From Bacillus subtilis subsp. subtilis str. 168 (lineage in GTDB: Bacteria; Bacillota; Bacilli; Bacillales; Bacillaceae): a stretch of DNA of 32,000 nucleotides. Below, piece by piece: positions 7,195 through 14,965 of the stretch; within the stretch, counting starts at the first letter, position 1; each line of letters begins with the position of its first letter. The position numbers and the translations under genes are program-made. A model generated the notes under the pieces. The model made no database searches and was not told where the DNA came from. It saw nothing but the letters and a program-made list of their open reading frames with translations. The stretch is from NCBI RefSeq assembly GCF_000009045.1, contig NC_000964.3, positions 1,320,001 through 1,352,000 on the forward strand, read 5' to 3'.

Positions 7195-8682
7195 ATGCAC
7201 AACCAAACAGTCAGAGCAACTGTATTTAAAGCCAATGCCGCGGCTCCTCAGACAAAGCAAATCTATGAAGATGACTTTTCTGAGCTGTACGGAGAGGACA
7301 TTATTGCTCCGCCCTATAATATCATCGAGCTCAAAACCATTGCCGAATACTCGACCATTCTTCAGCAATGCATTGATGCGTACAGAGTGAATATTACAGG
7401 CTTTGGATTCGATGTTGAGTACACATTTGATGTCAACGCAAGTGATGTCGATCAGGCAAAAAAGAAAAGAGCGGAAAAAGACTGGGCCAGACTCGAAGCC
7501 TTTTATAAATGTCTTCACTTTGATGAATCAGCTGAAATGATTTTAGGCTATGCCATCGAAGACAGAGAAAAAACAGGCAACGGATTTATGGAAGTGCTTC
7601 GCGACGGGGCGGGAAAACCTGCCGGCATCGAATATTTAGATGTGAAATATATGCGTGTATGCGGAGCAGGCGAGCCTGTAGAGGTTTCATTTGTATATGA
7701 AGAAAACGGGAAAATGAAAAGGATCAAAAGGCAAAAACGCTTCCGAAAATATGTGCAGATGATCAATGGAAAGAAAGTATTTTTTAAAGAATACGGCGAT
7801 CCGCGAAAAATGGATATTCGCACAGGTGAATATGTAAACACATTGGCAGAGAAGTATCAAGCAAATGAAGCCATTCACCTCAAAATCGGAAGCGGCGTAT
7901 ACGGTGTACCCCGCTGGATCGGCAATATTGTCAATTTATACGGGGCCCGAAAAGCAGAAGAGCTCAATTTTATGTATTTTAAGCAGGGGCGTCACGTCCC
8001 CGCTGCGATTACAGTGGAAAACGGGATGCTGTCTGAAGCTTCTTACCGGGAGCTGCAGGAATACATGAATGATCTTGAAGGCGTGGAGAACGCCCATAAA
8101 TTTCTCCTGATCGAAGCGGAAGGAATCGCAAAAGAAAAGGATCTCCACGGAGGCGAGGATATTACGCCGGTTTCCGTGGAAATCAAATCTTTGGCTGAAA
8201 TTCTCCAAAACGACGCCTTGTTTCTTGAATACGATGAAAAAAGCAGAAATAAGCTGCGTTCCGCGTTCCGTCTCCCCCCGCTGTATACAGGCGAGGCCCA
8301 GGAATACAACCGGGCGACAGCGGATACTGCTAGAAAAATTACGGAGGAGCAGGTTTTTCAGCCGGAGCGAAAAACTCTCGTGAATAAACTGAACACGCTG
8401 CTTTTGCCGGAGCTGAATATCCATGACGTCAGGCTGACATTAAAAGGACCGGACTTTCGTGATCCGCTTGAGATTGCGAAGGTGCTCGGTCCTTTTATTA
8501 CAGCCGGAGCAGTCTCGCCGAATGATTTACGCGACCTTGCCGGACGGGTGCTTGGCAAAACACTTGAGGAGTGGCCGGAGGACATTTATAAACGGCCTGC
8601 AGGACAGGATGCGGAAAAGACAAACCTGGCTGCGCTCATGCAGGAGCTGAAAGAAAGCATCGAAGATATCAAAACGTCCTGA
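7195..8682 (+). CDS. xkdE: Portal protein
   Basis: 495-aa ORF after a strong AGGAGGAGG SD. Its position between terminase and protease/scaffold is canonical for a portal gene. Confidence 0.88.
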   Translation: MHNQTVRATVFKANAAAPQTKQIYEDDFSELYGEDIIAPPYNIIELKTIAEYSTILQQCIDAYRVNITGFGFDVEYTFDVNASDVDQAKKKRAEKDWARLEAFYKCLHFDESAEMILGYAIEDREKTGNGFMEVLRDGAGKPAGIEYLDVKYMRVCGAGEPVEVSFVYEENGKMKRIKRQKRFRKYVQMINGKKVFFKEYGDPRKMDIRTGEYVNTLAEKYQANEAIHLKIGSGVYGVPRWIGNIVNLYGARKAEELNFMYFKQGRHVPAAITVENGMLSEASYRELQEYMNDLEGVENAHKFLLIEAEGIAKEKDLHGGEDITPVSVEIKSLAEILQNDALFLEYDEKSRNKLRSAFRLPPLYTGEAQEYNRATADTARKITEEQVFQPERKTLVNKLNTLLLPELNIHDVRLTLKGPDFRDPLEIAKVLGPFITAGAVSPNDLRDLAGRVLGKTLEEWPEDIYKRPAGQDAEKTNLAALMQELKESIEDIKTS

Positions 8683-8701
8683 AGGGAGGTGAATCAAGCA
8701 G

Positions 8702-9529
8702 GTGGCGCGAGAATTAAGAAATGCCAAAATCAGCTTTGTCAGTTATGTGGACAAGGCGGCTAACCAGACAGAATTTTTCTTTACGAAGTCAGCCGAACCT
8801 CCGTCATTTGAAAAAAAGGTTCGGCTGTTTACAAAAAGTGAGCAGGATGAACAAAAGCTCGTGTACGGAATCGTGTATGAGCCTGATGTTCCTGATGCCC
8901 ACGGCGATTTTATGACCGCCGAGGAAATTGAAAAAGCGGCGCACGGTTTTCTCGCGGAGGCACGGGAGATTGATATCAATCACAGCTTTGAGGGCGGAAC
9001 CGGCGTCGTGGTCGAGTCCTATGTGGCGCCCGATGATTTTATGATCGGATCAAAGCGGATTACAAAGGGCTCATGGGTACTCGTGACAAGAGCGTCTGAC
9101 GAGGTGTGGGAACAGATTAAGGCTGGAATTATCACCGGCTACAGCATGGCTGGCACTGCAGATGTGTATGAAGAAGAACCGGTCGAAAAAGCAGGGTTCT
9201 TTAGTGTATTCAAGCAAATGCTTGCTGACAAAACAGGGAAGGAGACTGAAGAAATGAGAAAAGAAGACATGAAAGAATCATTCGAGCATGCGCTTTACCC
9301 TCTGCTCAAACGGCTTGAGCGGATTGAAAAAAACACAGACACGGAGGAAAAGCCGGAGCAGACGGGTGATGACGAGCGTCTGAAAAAGCTCGTTGAAGAC
9401 ATGCTTGCCCCGCTGATCGAACGCATCGAGGCTTTGGAAAAAGCGCGAGGCGCGTCTAAGCAGACAGCGGACGATACGGGCGGCAATACAGAGCAAGTCA
9501 AAAAATCAATCTGGAGCGGACTGCTGTAA
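8702..9529 (+). CDS. xkdF: Prohead protease-like domain fused to a charged coiled-coil scaffold-like C-terminus
   Basis: 275 aa with a GTG start after GGGAGGTG. The C-terminal ~100 aa are rich in E, K and L ([34 protein letters not shown]), as in scaffolding proteins. Confidence 0.85.
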   Translation: MARELRNAKISFVSYVDKAANQTEFFFTKSAEPPSFEKKVRLFTKSEQDEQKLVYGIVYEPDVPDAHGDFMTAEEIEKAAHGFLAEAREIDINHSFEGGTGVVVESYVAPDDFMIGSKRITKGSWVLVTRASDEVWEQIKAGIITGYSMAGTADVYEEEPVEKAGFFSVFKQMLADKTGKETEEMRKEDMKESFEHALYPLLKRLERIEKNTDTEEKPEQTGDDERLKKLVEDMLAPLIERIEALEKARGASKQTADDTGGNTEQVKKSIWSGLL

Positions 9530-9554
9530 AACCAGTCAAGGAGGAGGAAATCAA

Positions 9555-10490
9555 TTGAGAAATCAAGAGATCATTCGGAAAGCGGAAATGTCGCTTTCTG
9601 CTTTAAAAAGCGGCGGGCTTATGAACCCTGCGCAAGCATCGGCTTTTATCCGCATGGTGCAAAACACGCCGACCATTTTCAGTGAATCCCGCGTGATTCA
9701 AATGGAAAACGATTCGCAAAAATTTGAAAAAATCGGCTTCGGCCAGCGTATTCTGCGGGCTGCGCAAGAAGGAAAAGCACTGTCAAACGACGAGCTGACA
9801 GTTCCAACGACAAGCACTGTCCAGCTGAACACGAAGGAAGTCATTGCGGAAATCAACATTACGTATGACACACTTGAAAACAATATTGAAAAAGACGGCC
9901 TGCAGCAGACAATCATGCAAATTTTAGCAGAGCGCGCAGCAGTTGATATTGAAGAGCTGATCGTTAACGGCGATACAGCATCAGCTGATCCGTATCTGGC
10001 ACAGCTGGACGGCATCCGTAAACAGGCGGTTTCCCATATCGTTGACATGAACGGTGAAGAACTGTCCAGAGCGACATTCAAGAAGGGCTTAAAGGCAGTT
10101 CCGCCGAAATATTTGCGCATCCCTCAGGAATTCAGATTCTATACGTCTCACGGCTTAGAAGTTGAATGGAAGGACCGCGTGGCAGACCGCCAGACAAACC
10201 TTGGGGACCAAGCTGTTCAGGGCGGCTTGTCAACAGCATTCGGCGTACCGGTCAAAGGGGTATCCAATATTCAGCCGTACACAGTCGGTGAGGGAGACGC
10301 GCAATATGACGCTTCTGATATCATTCTCACACATCCGAAAAATATCATTCTCGGCTTCTCCCGCAATATCCGAATTGAAGTCGACAAAGACATCCGCTCC
10401 CGTAAATTCATTATTGTCTTAACGGCCAAGCTGGACAGCAAGTTCGAGGAAGAGGATGCCTGCGCGAAATTAATTAACGTAAAAGAATAA
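9555..10490 (+). CDS. xkdG: Major capsid protein
   Basis: 311 aa with a TTG start after AGGAGGAGG. It follows the protease/scaffold gene. Size matches my memory of xkdG. Confidence 0.88.
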
Positions 10491-10511
10491 TAGAAACGAG
10501 GTGGTCAGCTC

Positions 10512-10895
10512 ATGCTCATTGAACCGACTGACGTAGCTTCCTATTCGGTCTATGATCGGGTGAAAAACAGGCCGGAAGAGCTGCTGGCGCAGGATATCAT
10601 CGAGGCGGAAGCAGAAGCGGCTCTCATCACGGGCCACCGCTTTGAAGACAGCTTGTATGATCCGCTGCCCGGCAAGGTGAAGTTGGCTTTAGTAAAGCTT
10701 GCCCAGTATTTTGCGCTTGTCAACAGCGATGAATCTGCCTCATCAAGCTATCAGTATGAGAAAATGGGGGATTATTCCTACACGGTTTCCGGAGAAGGCA
10801 GGATTCAGCGGCCTGAGGTGTATCATTTGCTCGAAGAGTTTATTAAGCCGGGCTACGTCCCTGAATCCTCCAGACTGAAGGTGAGATCTTTATGA
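10512..10895 (+). CDS. Head-tail connector / DNA-packaging-like protein (127 aa)
   Basis: ORF with a GAGGTGG SD, in the head-completion position. It is coupled to the next gene by an ATGA overlap. Confidence 0.75.
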   Translation: MLIEPTDVASYSVYDRVKNRPEELLAQDIIEAEAEAALITGHRFEDSLYDPLPGKVKLALVKLAQYFALVNSDESASSSYQYEKMGDYSYTVSGEGRIQRPEVYHLLEEFIKPGYVPESSRLKVRSL

Positions 10896-11248
10896 GCTAC
10901 AGGCAGATGCTCATTCACCGCTGCGATATTTATCATGAAGCAGCGCAAGCGCCGTCTGCAGGCCGATTTGGGATTCCGGCAGACAGGCTGCAGCCGGTGA
11001 TTTCATATCCGGATACACCCGATGAACAAGATGTCCCTTGTTATTTTACCGAAAAAACACAGCAGCTGATTCAGGAGGAGCCGGATCAAACTGTATATCA
11101 TAGCTTTCTCGTCCATTTTCCGTTGTCAGCGGACATCCGCGTGAACGATAAAATCATTTGGGAGAATCATAAATATATACTAAAGCTGCCGAAAAGGATC
11201 AGACATCATCATTGGGAGGTCGTCGCAGTCAGGGATGAAAGCCTATGA
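10892..11248 (+). CDS. xkdH: Head-tail adaptor / head-closure-like protein
   Basis: 118-aa ORF overlapping both neighbours by 4 nt. Size and order match my memory of xkdH. Confidence 0.8.
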   Translation: MSYRQMLIHRCDIYHEAAQAPSAGRFGIPADRLQPVISYPDTPDEQDVPCYFTEKTQQLIQEEPDQTVYHSFLVHFPLSADIRVNDKIIWENHKYILKLPKRIRHHHWEVVAVRDESL

Positions 11249-11730
11249 AAATAGCGGGATTGAAACAGCTGAACACGGCATTAAAAGAAGCGGCTTCAGG
11301 CGGTTTTTCCAGACAGGCGTCCCGGTGGCTTGAGGAGTGCGGGCAAGATTTTCTAGAGATCGTCCAATCTGAACTCATCAGCACACAAACGATTGATACA
11401 GAAAAACTGCTCAGTTCCTTTGAGAAAGGCGCAGAGGACAATCTCTGGATTGTGCAAAGCGGCGGGCTTTCGCTTGAGGTGGGGACACAGCTTGATTACG
11501 CCTCATTTCTTAATGACGGCCATTGGACGTCAAAACAAGATGTGAGATGGGTGCCGGGGCGTTTTCAAGGCTCACGGTTTATTTATGATCCAGCGGCTTC
11601 AACGGGAATGGCGCTCAAGAGAAAATGGATACCGGGCACGGGCTACTGGGATCATGCACTGCTTTTATATGAACAGCTGTTTGAAAAATCGCTGGAAAGC
11701 AAACTGCGCCAGTGGCTGAAGAAGCTGTAA
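11245..11730 (+). CDS. xkdI: HK97 gp10-like head-tail joining protein
   Basis: 161-aa ORF in the connector module. The assignment rests on order and length. Confidence 0.78.
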   Translation: MKIAGLKQLNTALKEAASGGFSRQASRWLEECGQDFLEIVQSELISTQTIDTEKLLSSFEKGAEDNLWIVQSGGLSLEVGTQLDYASFLNDGHWTSKQDVRWVPGRFQGSRFIYDPAASTGMALKRKWIPGTGYWDHALLLYEQLFEKSLESKLRQWLKKL

Positions 11731-11742
11731 AGGAGGAGCAGG

Positions 11743-12183
11743 ATGAACAGTGAAACAGGATCGATCATGGCGTTTTTGTACAGCCGGTGGTCTGTTCCCA
11801 TTTATGAACGCGAGCTTCCTGATCACTTTCAGGTGCCGTCGTTATATGTCCCGCCACCATCTGTTTTCGAGGAAACAGATACGGTCTCCACATTTAAAAA
11901 AACCTACAGTCTCAATGTGAAACTGTTTCATCTGGACTCCGTTCAGGCGCTGGATGAAGCGGACAGGCTCGCGGATGCCATCAGAGAAGCGAGAAATATG
12001 ATTCCGCTGCTGAGTGAATCCGGCGAGAAGACGGGGGATATGGTTCGCATCTCCCAAATCGAGACAAGGGTAGGGGACAGGGGCGAGGCGGCCATGGTGA
12101 TCAGGTGGAGCAGCAGATATTATTATCACAAAACAGAACAGCCTGTCTTACAGGATATCGACATGAACAGCGGGGTGAAATAA
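11743..12183 (+). CDS. xkdJ: Tail completion / terminator-like protein
   Basis: 146-aa ORF after an AGGAGGAG SD. It is the last of the connector genes before the sheath. Confidence 0.78.
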   Translation: MNSETGSIMAFLYSRWSVPIYERELPDHFQVPSLYVPPPSVFEETDTVSTFKKTYSLNVKLFHLDSVQALDEADRLADAIREARNMIPLLSESGEKTGDMVRISQIETRVGDRGEAAMVIRWSSRYYYHKTEQPVLQDIDMNSGVK

Positions 12184-12186
12184 ACG

Positions 12187-12405
12187 GTGTCAAAGGACAA
12201 ACAACAGAAGAAGGCTGTACATACAAAGAGCCGGGAAGCTCTATTTGATACAGCGGATTTGATTAAGCACGCGAAGGAACTGTTCGGCGTTAAGCCGGAT
12301 ATTCTTCAGGGGGCTTTATTTGGCGTGGATCAACCACGTATGACGAAATCAGAAGCCAACCAATTGATTCAAACATTTCTAACCAAGGAGGTCATGTCAT
12401 CATGA
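12187..12405 (+). CDS. Small hypothetical protein (72 aa) preceding the sheath gene
   Basis: GTG start with a GGGGTGA SD 8 nt upstream. Its stop overlaps the xkdK ATG (ATGA). Confidence 0.65.
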   Translation: MSKDKQQKKAVHTKSREALFDTADLIKHAKELFGVKPDILQGALFGVDQPRMTKSEANQLIQTFLTKEVMSS

Positions 12406-13802
12406 ATGGCGGAACATTTACAACAGGCAAAGAAAAAGAACGTGCAGGCATTTATTTTAACTTTAAAACGACGGCACAGGAGCGGGTATCACTCAGTGAA
12501 CGGGGAACAGTCGCACTTCCGGTCGCCTCAAGCTGGGGCGAAGCGAAAACGTTCGTCTCCATTTCCAGCGTTGAAGACCTAAACAAAAAAGTGGGCCTCA
12601 GCATTGATGACCCGTCTTTATTGCTGCTGCGTGAAGCGAAGAAAAATGCGAAAACGGTATTGATGTACCGTCTAACCGAAGGTGTCCGAGCGTCTGCTGA
12701 TATTGCTGAAGGCGTCAAAGCAACTGCAGTATATGGCGGAACAAAAGGAAATGACATTATCATCCGCATCAATCAAAATGTGCTGGATGCTAATTCTTTC
12801 GATGTGACAACATATATGGACGAATCAGAGGTTGATAAACAGACTGTCAAAAAGGCTGAAGAATTAACAGCTAACGGCTATGTCACTTTTACCGGAACAG
12901 GCGATCTTTCTTCAACGATTCCTCTCACTGGATCAGAAGGAGACACTGCAGCTGAGACGCTGAATGCATCCGCGGGCATCCGTTTATCCGGCGGTACGGA
13001 TAAAGCCCCTGTCAACTCCGACTATACAGATTTCTTAGCCGCGGCTGAAACGGAGAGCTTTGATGTGATTGCGCTGCCTGTTGCAGAAGGTGACCAGTTG
13101 AAAGCGACGTTTGCTGCTTTCATTAAACGCCTGCGCGACGGCCAAGGACAAAAAGTGCAAGGCGTCACAGCCAATTATGCCGGTGATTATGAAGGCATCA
13201 TCAACGTAACCGAGGGTGTGCTGCTTGAAGATGGCACGGAAGTTACACCGGACAAAGCAACAGCTTGGGTAGCTGGAGCGAGTGCAGGAGCAACCTTTAA
13301 CCAATCACTTACATTTGTAGAGTACGAAGGCGCAGTTGATGTGTTACACCGCCTTGACCACGATACGATTGTTGAACGTCTGGGTAAAGGTGAATTTTTA
13401 TTCACATTCGACGCCCGTGATAAATCCGTCAGCGTAGAAAAGGATATTAACTCACTCGTGACGTTCACAGCTGAGAAAAACAAGAAATTTGCGAAGAACA
13501 AAATCGTTCGTGTCCTGGATGCTGTGAATAATGATTTAACACGCGAGCTGAAAGCCTTAATTAAATCAAGAAAAGGCAGCGGAAGCGATATCCCGGCATC
13601 TGAAGACGGACTGCAGTATGTAAAAACGATGATCACACAATACATGACAACGCTTCAGGACGCAGGCGGCATCACTGGCTTTGATTCCGATGAAGATATC
13701 ACAATTTCAATGAATGAAGATCGTGACGGCTTCTTGATTGACCTGGCTGTACAGCCTGTCGACGCAGCAGAAAAATTCTACTTTAATGTGGAGGTAAACT
13801 AA
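12402..13802 (+). CDS. xkdK: Contractile tail sheath protein
   Basis: 466 aa with an AAGGAGGT SD, immediately followed by a tube-sized gene. Length matches my memory of xkdK. Confidence 0.92.
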   Translation: MNGGTFTTGKEKERAGIYFNFKTTAQERVSLSERGTVALPVASSWGEAKTFVSISSVEDLNKKVGLSIDDPSLLLLREAKKNAKTVLMYRLTEGVRASADIAEGVKATAVYGGTKGNDIIIRINQNVLDANSFDVTTYMDESEVDKQTVKKAEELTANGYVTFTGTGDLSSTIPLTGSEGDTAAETLNASAGIRLSGGTDKAPVNSDYTDFLAAAETESFDVIALPVAEGDQLKATFAAFIKRLRDGQGQKVQGVTANYAGDYEGIINVTEGVLLEDGTEVTPDKATAWVAGASAGATFNQSLTFVEYEGAVDVLHRLDHDTIVERLGKGEFLFTFDARDKSVSVEKDINSLVTFTAEKNKKFAKNKIVRVLDAVNNDLTRELKALIKSRKGSGSDIPASEDGLQYVKTMITQYMTTLQDAGGITGFDSDEDITISMNEDRDGFLIDLAVQPVDAAEKFYFNVEVN

Positions 13803-13803
13803 T

Positions 13804-14247
13804 ATGGCATTAAAAGCACAAAACACAATCTCAGGAAAAGAAGGCCGTTTATTCCTCGATGGTGAGGAAATGGCACACATCAAAACTTTTGAAGCAAACG
13901 TCGAGAAAAACAAGTCTGAAGTCAACATTATGGGCCGCCGCATGACAGGCCATAAAACAACAGGGGCAAATGGAACAGGGACCGCGACGTTCTACAAAGT
14001 CACATCAAAATTCGTGCTATTGATGATGGACTATGTCAAAAAAGGCAGCGACCCTTATTTCACGCTCCAAGCTGTGCTGGATGATCAATCCTCCGGCCGG
14101 GGCACAGAGCGAGTCACGCTGTACGACGTCAACTTTGACTCTGCCAAAATCGCAAGCCTTGATGTCGATTCAGAAGCGTTAGAGGAAGAAGTTCCATTTA
14201 CATTCGAAGACTTCGACGTCCCTGAAAAGCTATCTGACACGTTTTAA
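13804..14247 (+). CDS. xkdM: Tail tube protein
   Basis: 147 aa with a GGAGGT SD. It shows the canonical sheath-tube order. Confidence 0.9.
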   Translation: MALKAQNTISGKEGRLFLDGEEMAHIKTFEANVEKNKSEVNIMGRRMTGHKTTGANGTGTATFYKVTSKFVLLMMDYVKKGSDPYFTLQAVLDDQSSGRGTERVTLYDVNFDSAKIASLDVDSEALEEEVPFTFEDFDVPEKLSDTF

Positions 14248-14270
14248 TCAAAGCTGAATCAGCCCATACG

Positions 14271-14299
14271 CAGACCTTTCTCAGAAAGGTCTGTTTTTT
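14271..14299 (+). terminator. Canonical intrinsic terminator inside the late operon, after the tube gene
   Basis: CAGACCTTTC (14271-14280) pairs perfectly with GAAAGGTCTG (14284-14293). TTTTTT follows at 14294-14299. Confidence 0.7.
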
Positions 14300-14338
14300 A
14301 AAGATGAAACCAAACAATAGACAAGGGAGTTTTTTTAC

Positions 14339-14785
14339 ATGAGCGAGAAGAACGAAAACGTATATGATCTTTCCTTTTTTATGCCGGGAAAAACAATTGA
14401 AGCTGAGGAAATCAAAGTGCCGATCTCAAAGCGTTTTGTTGATAAAAAAGGGAATGTCATTCCGTTTATTTTAAAACCAATTACTACTGAACGGATTGAT
14501 GAATTAGAGAAAGAAAACACCACATTTAAAAATGTGAAAGGCCGCGGCCGTGTCAAAGATTTAGACTCCCAGCGCTTTTATGCGAGAATTGCCATCGAAT
14601 CTACTATTTATCCTGATTTTCGTTCAAAAGATTTAAGGGAAGCATACAAAACTGCGGATCCGGTAGAAGTTGCCAAACGTGTATTATCTGTTGGGGGAGA
14701 GTATGCGAACTGGCTGAATAAAGCAATTGAAATCAATGGTTTTGAAGATGATCTTGAAGATCTAGAAGAAGAAGCAAAAAACTAG
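14339..14785 (+). CDS. xkdN: Tail assembly chaperone (gpG-like), frame-0 product
   Basis: 148 aa with an acidic C-terminus ([13 protein letters not shown]). It lies directly upstream of the tape measure. Confidence 0.88.
   Translation: MSEKNENVYDLSFFMPGKTIEAEEIKVPISKRFVDKKGNVIPFILKPITTERIDELEKENTTFKNVKGRGRVKDLDSQRFYARIAIESTIYPDFRSKDLREAYKTADPVEVAKRVLSVGGEYANWLNKAIEINGFEDDLEDLEEEAKN
14776..14782 (+). promoter_or_regulatory. -1 programmed frameshift slippery heptamer A_AAA_AAC
   Basis: In the xkdN frame the last codons read GCA AAA AAC TAG. The heptamer is in X_XXY_YYZ register and is followed directly by the stop codon. Confidence 0.6.
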
Positions 14786-14964
14786 TAAAGGATGGCGATA
14801 AGGAAGCTGTGTATTTGTACTATGCAATGCATGAGCTTCATTACTCGCCATCCCAACTTCTTGAATTATATGAAGCACCAAAACATTTTAAAGCTCTTTT
14901 ATTTGGGTTGATAGGTTATAAGCTAGATCTATTAGAAAAAGAATCAAGGAGAGGAGGGAACTAA
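14782..14964 (+). CDS. -1 frame extension of the tail chaperone (gpGT-like C-terminal part, 60 codons)
   Basis: The -1 frame is open from the slip site: [60 protein letters not shown], stopping at 14962-14964. The only in-frame ATG (14827) has no SD. Confidence 0.55.
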   Translation, partial: LVKDGDKEAVYLYYAMHELHYSPSQLLELYEAPKHFKALLFGLIGYKLDLLEKESRRGGN

Positions 14965-14965
14965 T

